Positions 10,275 through 19,042 of a DNA stretch of 64,000 nt are shown here, one piece after another. The translations under genes and the position numbers were made by a program. Numbering within the stretch: position 1 is the first letter of the stretch; the number at the start of each line of letters is the position of its first letter. This DNA is from Candidatus Saccharimonadota bacterium. Lineage in GTDB: Bacteria; Patescibacteriota; Saccharimonadia; CAILAD01; BJGX01. The stretch lies in the NCBI GenBank assembly GCA_016191105.1, contig JACPPH010000004.1:65230-129229 (forward strand), in the 5' to 3' direction. A model generated the notes under the pieces. The model was not told the origin of the DNA. It did not search any database and worked only from the letters and a program-made list of their open reading frames with translations.

Positions 10275-10823
10275 CTACATGCTTGGGCAACGCGGGGGAC
10301 AGCGACCGGGCTCACAACAGCCTTGGTCAGGGTCTTGACTCGCATCTTTGCCAGCAGGCCGGCAGTTGGTACTGTCGCAGGCTCCTGGCTCGGGCACTGA
10401 TCCTGGCGGGACCGTGCCCCGATCAGATACTCCAGGAACCGTGGCGGGTGGGATGCAGGGAGGCGTGGGGTCTTGGATGCAGTAGCGCGGTGGCACCACA
10501 TCGCAGTTGCCTCGTGCCTCGCATACCACCGCCGGGTTGTTGAACACGCTCGAGCATTTGCTACCAGGATCCAGCTTCCTTGGATCGCCCTCGGTCATAG
10601 GCGGGCAGCCTCGCACATCCGGGATGGTGCCACCGAAGTGGGGGGAAACCACTGTCGTCTTCGATGGCGGGCACGGGTCGTTGGGCCCGTAGAACACCAC
10701 ATTGCCGCTGACCTGATCGGGCGGGCAGATGGTCTTGGTAGGGGCGCTGTCGTTCGGACCGGCCTGGCCGGTGCAAGAGGCGGCAGCCAGGATGAACGGG
10801 ATGAGTATCGGTAGGCGCTTCAT
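10275..10823 (-). CDS. Cys/Pro-rich putative lipoprotein (GC-rich unit 2)
   Basis: GAAAGGGG SD; MKRLPILIPFILAAASC lipobox-like signal; many Cys. Confidence 0.75.
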   Translation of the reverse strand: MKRLPILIPFILAAASCTGQAGPNDSAPTKTICPPDQVSGNVVFYGPNDPCPPSKTTVVSPHFGGTIPDVRGCPPMTEGDPRKLDPGSKCSSVFNNPAVVCEARGNCDVVPPRYCIQDPTPPCIPPATVPGVSDRGTVPPGSVPEPGACDSTNCRPAGKDASQDPDQGCCEPGRCPPRCPSM

Positions 10824-10956
10824 GTGAGCACCCCTTTCGTGAGTAGTATGGTTGTCGATTGTAAAGGTAGAGGAATGCTCCTCCCCTAAACACTCATTCG
10901 CTGGAGAGCGAATTAAGTACTTGGGGGAGGCCCCATCCACCTTTCGGTGGAAAGGA

Positions 10957-11499
10957 CTACCCTGGAATTTGTGGTGGACCGACTACTTCGTCGTAGGTGT
11001 CGGGCGTGAGCCAGGGCTCCACGATGATGACGCCGCCGGTGTTGCGGTGTCGAGCCAAGTTCATGATCGCAACTTCCAGCTGTTCGGTATCACGCATGTA
11101 GCCGATCGAGCTGAACAGGCATGTCACCACATCGAAGAACGACGGGTTGCGGTCAAGGAAGCCCGGGGTACTCAAGCTGAAGGTGAGCATGTCGGCACAG
11201 ATCAAGTTGACCTCTGGCAGGCGCTTGCGAGCCATCTCGAGCTGTTGGGGAGACAGGTCAATGCCGACCACCTTGCTGAACCAGGCGGCGAGATGCTGCA
11301 GGTGCAGGCCAGTGCCGCAGGCCACGTCGAGCAAGCTCATGTCACGAGGGTGCTTGCCGGTCCTTTGCTCGGCGATTTCGAGCACTCGGCTGGCCTCGAC
11401 GCTGTAGTCCTTGAGGCTCTCATAGAGAGTGTCGTACCAGACCGCCGAGTGGGTGTAGGCAGTCATGTCTTCGGTTGTATCCATATTGGTGTTGGTCAT
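10957..11499 (-). CDS. class I SAM-dependent methyltransferase, short at the C-terminus (GC-rich unit 2)
   Basis: YDTLY..KDY, LLDVACGTG, IDLSPQQL, FDVVTCLFSSIGY, IIVEPW; GGAG SD. Confidence 0.85.
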   Translation of the reverse strand: MTNTNMDTTEDMTAYTHSAVWYDTLYESLKDYSVEASRVLEIAEQRTGKHPRDMSLLDVACGTGLHLQHLAAWFSKVVGIDLSPQQLEMARKRLPEVNLICADMLTFSLSTPGFLDRNPSFFDVVTCLFSSIGYMRDTEQLEVAIMNLARHRNTGGVIIVEPWLTPDTYDEVVGPPQIPG

Positions 11500-11640
11500 G
11501 TCAAAACTCCAGGGATCGGGTTGCTAGCCTATGCCAGCAACGTGTAGCAAGATATTATAATAAAAGCTATATAAAGTCAATAGTCTTGACTGGTTCGTTG
11601 TACAGCTAAAAGTAAAGCCCATTTCAGGTATAATGTTGCT

Positions 11641-12522
11641 ATGCCAGAGCTACCAGAGGTCGAAACAGTTCGAACAGGATTACAGCAGTTCTTGGTGGGC
11701 CAGACCATCCAAGCGGTGGCTTTTGATTGGCTTAAAAGCTTCCCAAACGACAAAAACCAAGTTGATAAATTCGTAATAAAAGCTGAAATTACATCTGTAA
11801 AGCGCCGCGCCAAGGTGTTATTGCTCGATTTAAACACAGGCTACACACTCATGGTGCATCTCAAAATGACCGGCCAGATGGTGTATCGGCCCAAAGAGGG
11901 TGAGGGCTTTGGTGGTGGGCATCCGTCAGATAGCCTAATAAGTAAATTACCAGATAAATCTACCCGAGTAACTTTTACGCTAAACCGCGGCAAGTTGTTT
12001 TTTAACGACCAGCGTAAATTTGGCTGGATTAAACTAAAAAAGACCGCCGATCTAGTTAGTGACGAGTTTTTGAGCAAACTTGGCCCAGAACCACTCGAGG
12101 ATAGCTACACATTTGAACAGTTTAAGGCTGCAATACAAAGAAGGCAAAAAACCAGCATAAAAGCTGCCATTTTAGATCAGACAGTTCTGGCCGGGGTGGG
12201 TAATATTTATGCCGATGAGAGCCTATTTGCAGCCCGAATTCACCCAGCCACCCTGGTGAAAGATGTTAGCAGCATAAAGTTAAAGCGGCTCTACAATGCC
12301 ATTCGCGAAGTCATGAACTTAAGCATTCGCTTAGGTGGCAGTAGCGATCGCAATTATGTCGATGCTCAAGGAAAAAAGGGTAGTTACCTTAAATTCGCCA
12401 AGGTTTTCAGAAGAGATGGGCAAGAATGCCCGGAATGTGGGGGCAAGATTGTAAAAATTCGTGTGGCTGGCCGCGGCACGCACATTTGCCCCAAATGCCA
12501 GAAATTGCCGAGGAAAAGGTGA
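11641..12522 (+). CDS. mutM: formamidopyrimidine-DNA glycosylase
   Basis: MPELPEVE, HLKMTG, GVGNIYADE, C-terminal C4 zinc finger. Confidence 0.97.
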   Translation: MPELPEVETVRTGLQQFLVGQTIQAVAFDWLKSFPNDKNQVDKFVIKAEITSVKRRAKVLLLDLNTGYTLMVHLKMTGQMVYRPKEGEGFGGGHPSDSLISKLPDKSTRVTFTLNRGKLFFNDQRKFGWIKLKKTADLVSDEFLSKLGPEPLEDSYTFEQFKAAIQRRQKTSIKAAILDQTVLAGVGNIYADESLFAARIHPATLVKDVSSIKLKRLYNAIREVMNLSIRLGGSSDRNYVDAQGKKGSYLKFAKVFRRDGQECPECGGKIVKIRVAGRGTHICPKCQKLPRKR

Positions 12523-13085
12523 GGTATTACTTCGGTGGCGCCAACGGCAGTGGTAAATCTACGTTAGTGTCGAGAATAGTAAAGCAAAAACAAGAGTTCA
12601 TACCTTTTAAAGGCGCCACCGAACTCATGGAGGCCTTGGGCATACCTGGTGATTACGACAAGCTTAGGGCTATGGATCACTCAGTAACTACCGCCGCGTT
12701 TGGAAAGCTGGTTCAGGAGCAATCAAAAAAACACCGAAACCTAATAATCGACGCACACTACATGAACCTTAAACACGGTAAGTTTTATCCGGTTTGGGGC
12801 GACTGGCTTAGCTCGGTTGATGCTCTGGTGTTGGTAGAAGCACCTGCCAGCGCTATATTGGAGCGAATAGAACTCGATCCAAGTAAAGACAGGGCTCTGT
12901 TCCCGGCCGGGGCTACAGAAAAGCAAAAACTGAGCCTACTAAAAGCTTTGATCAGCACCAGCAAAGATGTGTTTTTGGACTGCGCAAACCAATACAACAA
13001 AAAGAGCTTGATTATTGAAAATACCGACCCAACTAAAGCTCTAGATAAGTTTATTAAATTTGATTTTAATCTCCCAAAAACCTAA
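12519..13085 (+). CDS. P-loop nucleoside monophosphate kinase-like protein
   Basis: GANGSGKST Walker A, LIIDAH; GTG overlaps the mutM stop. Confidence 0.75.
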   Translation: MRYYFGGANGSGKSTLVSRIVKQKQEFIPFKGATELMEALGIPGDYDKLRAMDHSVTTAAFGKLVQEQSKKHRNLIIDAHYMNLKHGKFYPVWGDWLSSVDALVLVEAPASAILERIELDPSKDRALFPAGATEKQKLSLLKALISTSKDVFLDCANQYNKKSLIIENTDPTKALDKFIKFDFNLPKT

Positions 13086-13179
13086 ATTATTTTAGATCTT
13101 TGGGAGAACGACAACCTTCGTCGAAACACCCCCGGCGACGCACTATGGAAGTGCGTATCTTATGGTGCCGGTATGTTGA

Positions 13180-13326
13180 CTATCCGGTGACCCGCTTCTT
13201 CGCGAGTTTGATGACGAACTCGAGAAGCAGGGCGCCGGAGAGGGCGAGGCCGAACGTGGAGACGATGATGATTATGTACTCATCGCTCTCATTCAGCCTC
13301 CGGCGAATCGCACGAACGGGGTTCAT
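13180..13326 (-). CDS. 48-aa membrane peptide (GC-rich unit 3), not in ORF track
   Basis: GAGGTG SD; MNPVRAIRRRLNESDEYIIIIVSTFGLALSGALLLEFVIKLAKKRVTG. Confidence 0.6.
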   Translation of the reverse strand: MNPVRAIRRRLNESDEYIIIIVSTFGLALSGALLLEFVIKLAKKRVTG

Positions 13327-13335
13327 CGAATCACC

Positions 13336-13641
13336 TCACTTGTGGTAGTTGCGGTGAGGGTTGACAGCAGCGATGAACGGGACGGCGACTGCGGCCAAGA
13401 GCGCCACAATCAGGCCCATCACACGGTCACGTACCTCGAACTGCTGATCGAGTGCCACGTAGGCACCGAGCACGATCGAAGCGACAGAGAGAACGAGAAG
13501 GCCGTAGCACCAGATAATGCGATTGCCAACTTCATCTGTGTCCATCGTGTCGAGGATTCGTGCGCGAATCCTCTGGCTGGTGGCGTCGTCGAGCTCTGGT
13601 CCTCCGCTGCGGAAATCCCGCAGGGGATCCAAATCATCCAT
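13336..13641 (-). CDS. two-TM protein with anti-sigma-like N-terminus (GC-rich unit 3)
   Basis: GGAGG SD; MDDLDPLRDFR..PELDDATSQRIRARIL, then two hydrophobic segments. Confidence 0.7.
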   Translation of the reverse strand: MDDLDPLRDFRSGGPELDDATSQRIRARILDTMDTDEVGNRIIWCYGLLVLSVASIVLGAYVALDQQFEVRDRVMGLIVALLAAVAVPFIAAVNPHRNYHK

Positions 13642-13729
13642 GGGTTGACCTCCAGGGTCGTGGAATGGTTGTCATTTGGTTGTCGAAGGTCGCTCTGGGC
13701 GGTTGCCCAAAGGACCAGCGAACCTGAAC

Positions 13730-13758
13730 ATAGTACCATAAGAGCTATAGTATGTCAA
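13730..13758 (-). promoter_or_regulatory. sigma70 promoter of unit 3
   Basis: TTGACA-17 nt-TACTAT with extended TG. Confidence 0.8.
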
Positions 13759-13787
13759 GGCGCGCGTTTTAAGCTATAATTAAGGCT

Positions 13788-14720
13788 ATGATTTTCTACT
13801 TTTATGGTGACAACAGTTTTGCCATGCGCCAGCAGATTGAGGCCATTCGAGCCCGATACAGCAAAAAAGCTGGTGGTGAGCTGGAGTTAGAACGCTTGGA
13901 TATGGCAGAGGCCAAGGCCGAAGACCTATTGGATTCGCTGGGTGTTATGCCCATGTTTGCAACTAGTCGATTGGTGATTGCATACAATTTTTCTGCAAAC
14001 CCTACATTGCTCGAAAAGTTTCAAGACGTGGTGGAGGCTGCGGTGGAGCCGACCATTTTGGTGATTGGCGACTCCAAACCCGACAAGCGTTCGCGAGCTT
14101 TTAAAGCGTTATCTAAATTGCCGCAGGCCAAAGAATTTACGGCCATTACACCTGGAGAACTGCAAACTTGGGCCCGGCTTACCGCCAAAAAACTAGGTGC
14201 CGAACTCGATGCGCGCACAGCTAGTTTGCTAATTGAGCGGGTCGGGCATGATCAATGGCAGCTGCACCAAGAGCTCCAAAAACTGGCTAGTTATAACAGC
14301 AAAATCACTCCCGGGTCGATCGATGAGTTGGTAGTGCCGAATCATGAACAAACAATTTTTCAACTCATAGATGCCGTGGCTCAGCACAAAACCGCCAGAG
14401 CACTAGAATTGTACAAGCGCTTGAGCCTAGATGGTGTGGCCGATCAGCAAGTTTTGGCAATGCTGAACTGGCAATATCGAAACTTGGTGATCGCCAAAGA
14501 CAACCAAGGCGGCGAGTTGGCTTGGGCGCGCGACTTTGGCATAGCACCATTTGCGGCCAACAAAGCCGTTGGCCAAGCTCGAGAGCTCGAAATGACTGAC
14601 CTGCGAACGGCCTACGCCCAGATTGTGTCGGCAGATTTTGCCATTAAAACCGGCGCCAAACCATCGGCCCTGGCGCTCGAACAGCTGCTGGTTGAGCTTA
14701 GCTTAGCCGAACAACCCTAA
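13788..14720 (+). CDS. holA: DNA polymerase III delta subunit
   Basis: YFYGDN, MPMFATSRLVI, QELQKLASY, IFQLIDAV, DFAIKTG. Confidence 0.92.
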   Translation: MIFYFYGDNSFAMRQQIEAIRARYSKKAGGELELERLDMAEAKAEDLLDSLGVMPMFATSRLVIAYNFSANPTLLEKFQDVVEAAVEPTILVIGDSKPDKRSRAFKALSKLPQAKEFTAITPGELQTWARLTAKKLGAELDARTASLLIERVGHDQWQLHQELQKLASYNSKITPGSIDELVVPNHEQTIFQLIDAVAQHKTARALELYKRLSLDGVADQQVLAMLNWQYRNLVIAKDNQGGELAWARDFGIAPFAANKAVGQARELEMTDLRTAYAQIVSADFAIKTGAKPSALALEQLLVELSLAEQP

Positions 14721-14797
14721 AGCTTGTAATTTTTGATTTTGCAGGTATGATTAGCTGGTAATATTCACGTGTCACAACCTTTAAGGAGGTGAGAGCG

Positions 14798-15034
14798 GTG
14801 AGTGAATGGCGTACCAAATATGAGGATCCGACGACCAAGGGCTACCAGCTTCATTTCCTCGGTGAGGAAGGGGATGGGTGGACAGTCATCGAGATGCACA
14901 ATGGCACGAACGCCTGTGTCCCTGGTGGCAGGTGCGACGATCTCTGGCTCGAGTTCGACACGTCTGAGGGGGCGCTAGATCGAGCCAAGCTGGCAGTTCA
15001 GCAAGCAAGACAAGCTCAGGAGGCGGAATCATGA
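14798..15034 (+). CDS. hypothetical protein (GC-rich unit 4)
   Basis: AAGGAGGTGA SD before GTG. Confidence 0.65.
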   Translation: MSEWRTKYEDPTTKGYQLHFLGEEGDGWTVIEMHNGTNACVPGGRCDDLWLEFDTSEGALDRAKLAVQQARQAQEAES

Positions 15035-15258
15035 TTTTGTTTGGATGGCGCACCGAAAGGATCGATAAGGCCGGGATGTGGTTGCACACCAAACCTGGCG
15101 TGGGTCGTGTCGAAGAGAACTACAACGGCACCGGCTGTTATCCAATCAGTGCTACTGGCGGGCCCCTACTGCCGCCAGGTGAGAAGTTGACCGGTGCGTT
15201 TGCTCTGTTGCGCGCCAAGCATATGGTTGAGACCAACGTCAATCAGTTTTACGGCTGA
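15031..15258 (+). CDS. hypothetical protein (GC-rich unit 4)
   Basis: AGGAGG SD, ATGA overlap, similar in size to the upstream ORF. Confidence 0.65.
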   Translation: MILFGWRTERIDKAGMWLHTKPGVGRVEENYNGTGCYPISATGGPLLPPGEKLTGAFALLRAKHMVETNVNQFYG

Positions 15259-15276
15259 GCCGCCACAGTGGCATTT

Positions 15277-15319
15277 AAGCCCGAAGGAAGGAGCTTTCCC
15301 TCGGGCTTCTTCTATTTTT
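15277..15319 (+). terminator. intrinsic terminator
   Basis: aagcccga-ggaag..ctttcc-tcgggctt followed by a T-rich tract. Confidence 0.7.
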
Positions 15320-15495
15320 AGTAAAAATTTTTAGGCTTTTGAATCTAGCGAGCATTTTCGTATGCTACAATTAATTTGAAATTGGTGGCCAACCTTTAGG
15401 AGGGTGGGCCATCACCGAACCCAAAACAAAAGGAGGTTGCGTAGGGATTACTGGCAAGCGGGAAAGCTGCTTTTAGAGAAAGCAGAGGTGACGGC

Positions 15496-15747
15496 ATGGC
15501 AACATTCGCAATCGAACGAAAGCAAGAAGAGGGCTTCGGGGTTTCGACCCTGACTGTGCTAAAGAGCGGCAGGCCATGGGCACGCATTACCTCGCTGGTG
15601 AGCGGGGAAGTGTGCAGCGTGTTCATTCCGCCAGACTCCGAGACCATGGTCAACGACAAGCCACTCCGGGAGCAGGAGGCCATTGACCTGGCCAAGGCCT
15701 TCAAGTATCCCCGGCAGAAGAAGCGGAAACAGCCAAAGGCGGCGTAA
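15496..15747 (+). CDS. hypothetical protein with basic tail (GC-rich unit 5)
   Basis: GAGGTGA SD; GC-ending codons; downstream hairpin. Confidence 0.65.
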   Translation: MATFAIERKQEEGFGVSTLTVLKSGRPWARITSLVSGEVCSVFIPPDSETMVNDKPLREQEAIDLAKAFKYPRQKKRKQPKAA

Positions 15748-15858
15748 CGCATCTCTTCGTTGGCGGACATAAGCGGGTCTGAGGGTGTGGTCCTCTCGGA
15801 CCCACTCTCATTTATAATCAAAAACCACTCATGCTTACTCGAGTGGTTTTTGAGTAAT

Positions 15859-16257
15859 TTACTTGTTTGGTTTAGCGGCTGGCTTCTTAGCCGGGGCTTT
15901 TTTGGCAGTTGTTTTAGCTGCCGGTTTCTTAGCGGTTGCTTTTTTGGCGCCAGGCTTGCCTGTCCGCTGTCCAGCGGATTCGGTGCCGAAGGGCTTGGCA
16001 GCAGCGGCATTGTAAGCCTTAGTTAGGCGAGACTTACGGCGGGCAGCTGTGCCCTTATGGAGCACGCCCTTCTTAACGGCTCGGTCTACCTCGGCAATGG
16101 CAGCAATCAGAGCTTTGCTGTCTTTAGGGCTACCGCTCAAGATTTCGGTGCGCACGACCTTGAATTTCTTCTTTACCGCAACCTTAACCGCCACATTGCG
16201 CTGGTTGCGCTTTTTGGCTTGGCGGTCACGTTTGATTGCTGATTTGATAATAGGCAT
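15859..16257 (-). CDS. rpsT: 30S ribosomal protein S20 with Lys/Ala-rich C-terminal extension
   Basis: MPIIKSAIKR, DRAVKKGVLHKGTAARRKSRL. Confidence 0.95.
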   Translation of the reverse strand: MPIIKSAIKRDRQAKKRNQRNVAVKVAVKKKFKVVRTEILSGSPKDSKALIAAIAEVDRAVKKGVLHKGTAARRKSRLTKAYNAAAAKPFGTESAGQRTGKPGAKKATAKKPAAKTTAKKAPAKKPAAKPNK

Positions 16258-16334
16258 AGCGCTCAGTATACCGCATTAAGGCCCATCTGTAAAGAACCGC
16301 GTAGTGGCAAGTGCAAGTATAGAATGCTACTAAG

Positions 16335-16765
16335 CTTTTGTGCGTCTAGTGCTGGCGGGGAGAGGTGGGGCTAGCGCTCAGTTGAACTCCTCCAAACCAC
16401 CGGCAAAAGTCGAACCACACAACTGCCTGCCCTCTTTGCTTCCGTGGATCGGGAGATGACCCAGGGATAGAGGGGTCCGCATATCAGACGGCCAACAAGG
16501 AGGTGATCCATGACTCGCAATCGTGGATCCACCACTGCTGTCATCTCTTCCGCACAGGAGATCGGCTTCTAGGCCAGCGCCTACTGAAGTCGCAAGACAG
16601 TAATACCAACGGGCATAGCCGCTGCGGTGAACGCCCTGACCGCATCCATCGAGCGCTCAACCATCGCCTGCGTTGAGTGCTTATCACGACGAACTCGAGT
16701 GCCGCACCCCAGCTCTCGAACGGGACTACGCCCCCGGCCGTAAGGCCGGGGGCTACCCATTTTTG
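16335..16765 (+). ncRNA. putative structured RNA carrying a 20-aa ORF (16510-16572)
   Basis: Multiple hairpins, SD AAGGAGGTGATCC, terminator gcccccggcc-gtaa-ggccgggggc. Confidence 0.4.
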
Positions 16766-16801
16766 TTGAAAATTTTTGACACTCTGGCTTATAATAAAAC
16801 C

Positions 16802-17221
16802 ATGAATCTAGAGCTTGCAGCTCAACTACAAAACATCAGCCTAACCGACAAACAGGCTAGAGTTTACATTGCATCTCTATCTTTGGGGCCAAACAGTGCC
16901 CAAAACATTGCCAAAGCAGCAGATGTAAATCGGGCCACCACCTATGTAATCATTGAAGAACTTATGGGTATGGGCCTTGTGACGCAGAGCGAAAAGAGCA
17001 AGCGCACGGTATTTGTAGCCGCACCACCAAGTGCAATCAAACAGTACCTCGAAGATGTCAAAACAGATTTACAGAATAAGATTGACGAACTAGAGAAGCT
17101 ACAGCCACAACTTGAAAAGTTGTCTACCCCAACGGATCTAGAGCACCTAAAGAGACAAATCATCCAGAGTCTTAACCAGGCTGAGATTGAACGGCTGATA
17201 GCAGAACTCCAGAAGTCCTAA
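16802..17221 (+). CDS. TrmB-family HTH protein
   Basis: LTDKQARVYIASLSLG..AQNIAKAADVNRATTYVIIEEL..GLV. Confidence 0.85.
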   Translation: MNLELAAQLQNISLTDKQARVYIASLSLGPNSAQNIAKAADVNRATTYVIIEELMGMGLVTQSEKSKRTVFVAAPPSAIKQYLEDVKTDLQNKIDELEKLQPQLEKLSTPTDLEHLKRQIIQSLNQAEIERLIAELQKS

Positions 17222-17247
17222 GGCAGGCACAAGAGTCACCAAAGAGC

Positions 17248-17276
17248 TTGACAAAAGTACTTACGTTTGGTATAAT
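17248..17276 (+). promoter_or_regulatory. consensus sigma70 promoter
   Basis: TTGACA-17 nt-TATAAT with TG. Confidence 0.85.
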
Positions 17277-17325
17277 TGCACATTGTCTAAATTAGAACCG
17301 TTAAATCAGTTCCAACCAAATCATT

Positions 17326-18429
17326 ATGCAAAACGAATTAACTCCCAAACAACAGGTTACAGAGCTAATCCGCCAGGCCAACAACATATTGTTGGTTACG
17401 GGTCGTGAGCCCAATACCGACCAGTTAAGCTCGGTGGTGGCCATGCAGACTGTTTTAACCCGCCTGGGCAAACAAGCCGAGGTGATTATCTCTGATCAAC
17501 TCCCCAAGAGTGCCGAGCTATTCCACACCGACATTATCAGTCGAGATCTAACTGGTATTCGCGACTTTATCATTAAGCTGCGTATGGGTAAAACCGAGGT
17601 AGAAAAGCTTAAATACCAGGTTAGCGACGATAGCCTAGATATTATAATTACGCCTCACAACGGCAATTTTAGTGCCAAGGACGCCACTTTTGACTATGGT
17701 AGTTTTCAGTTCGACCTAGTAATTGCTATGGGTGTTCCGCAAATCAACAAGCTCGATAAGATTTTGGAACAAAACCCAACCATATTCGACGGTTTGCATC
17801 TGTTAAACATCGACTATCATCGCATTAACGAGAACTACGGTAGTGTGAACCTGGTAGATACGGCTGCTAGCTCGACTGCCGAAATGCTTATTTCGGTGTT
17901 CGAATCACTAGGCCAAGGTATGGTTGACGAATACGTGGCTACTGCTATTTTGGCCGGCATTATGAGCGCAACCAGTAATTTTACAGCACCTTCGACCACT
18001 GCCAAAGCTATGACCATGGCGGCTCAAATGGTAGCCGCTGGTGGTAAACAACAAGAGGTGGTGCGCGTGTTAAAGGGTGGTAAAGCCCGCAGTGATAATC
18101 GCGATAACAACGACAAATCAGGTAGCAACAAGTCTGTACAAGAGGCTAAGCCAACAGATATGAATGCCAAGGGCGAGACTAAGCCATTCGCCAATCCGCA
18201 TGCCGATCCACAGCCAGAGACTAAGGACATTCCAAGCGACAAGCCGTTAAAGCAACCCAAAACTGAAGCCGCGCCAGAAGTGCCAGCTGCCCAGCCATCA
18301 GGTGAGGCCAAGACGACTTCGGTTGAACAAAAACCTGAACCTGCCAAGGTGCAAGAACAACAAAATGGTTCAGCTAATCCTCAGGTCGATGAGCACAACG
18401 CCCCAATAGCTATCAGCCCCTTAGCTTAA
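17326..18429 (+). CDS. degenerate DHH-phosphoesterase-like protein
   Basis: NIDYHRINENYG..NLVD..ASSTAE; catalytic Asp/His motifs altered. Confidence 0.75.
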   Translation: MQNELTPKQQVTELIRQANNILLVTGREPNTDQLSSVVAMQTVLTRLGKQAEVIISDQLPKSAELFHTDIISRDLTGIRDFIIKLRMGKTEVEKLKYQVSDDSLDIIITPHNGNFSAKDATFDYGSFQFDLVIAMGVPQINKLDKILEQNPTIFDGLHLLNIDYHRINENYGSVNLVDTAASSTAEMLISVFESLGQGMVDEYVATAILAGIMSATSNFTAPSTTAKAMTMAAQMVAAGGKQQEVVRVLKGGKARSDNRDNNDKSGSNKSVQEAKPTDMNAKGETKPFANPHADPQPETKDIPSDKPLKQPKTEAAPEVPAAQPSGEAKTTSVEQKPEPAKVQEQQNGSANPQVDEHNAPIAISPLA

Positions 18430-18454
18430 TCTGTTCTCCAATCCGACATTCTCC

Positions 18455-18840
18455 CGGCCGTTGCGGCGATCAGCAAGCAAGATAACAAAATACACTCTTG
18501 TTGCGAGAATTTGGTGTCTACCAAACCGCACAGCAACAGGAAAGTATTTTGCTGTAGAGCGCTGCTTTATCGTAAGCACAGGCCAAAGACTTTTGCTATC
18601 TTTTGGTCTTTCAAAAGATAGTTGCCCGAAGGGTAAAACCCTTTGAATCTTGCGCTGTCCGCACCGGACTTCTTTGTAGCGGAAAGTTGCCAAAGCTTCT
18701 GGCATGGGCTCAATCAAGTAGTATTCAGATAGATTTAACTTCGGGTTCTGCGGAACTCTCCGCTGGCACGCGGATCAAACAGTCCTCGCTTGCAGCACTT
18801 CGAGCTGCGCAAAGCTACGTCCAGCTGTTCGAATGCCAGA
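18455..18840 (+). repeat. structured intergenic element, copy 1
   Basis: Colinear similarity to 22579-22966 and 37477-37665, with compensatory stems. Confidence 0.85.
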
Positions 18841-18864
18841 CACGGGGGGCAGACCAGATAGCGC

Positions 18865-18893
18865 TTGACAAGAGCCTAACTTTATAGTATACT
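18865..18893 (+). promoter_or_regulatory. sigma70 promoter of GC-rich unit 7
   Basis: TTGACA-17 nt-TATACT. Confidence 0.85.
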
Positions 18894-19042
18894 CTACAGA
18901 TTCAATCTTCGCTGTTCGCTAGTCAGCGAAAGCGAATTGTTGAACGCTCCTTGCTATTGCCTGCATTCTTGCGGGCAATCTGATGAGAAATTTTGAAATC
19001 TAAATAGTCAGCCCACCACAACTTCGCCCTTAGGAGGCAATC

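Noticed and set aside
16335-16765. tmRNA, RNase P RNA or 16S fragment
   Set aside because: No tRNA-like ends, tag peptide or GAGGAAAGTCC; the match to the 16S 3' end is limited to the SD-length stretch.
18980-18998. CTGATGA..GAAA hammerhead-like core in the unit 7 leader
   Set aside because: Stem II is minimal, the core is paired with 19524-19533, and a 10-nt insert separates the putative cleavage site from stem I.
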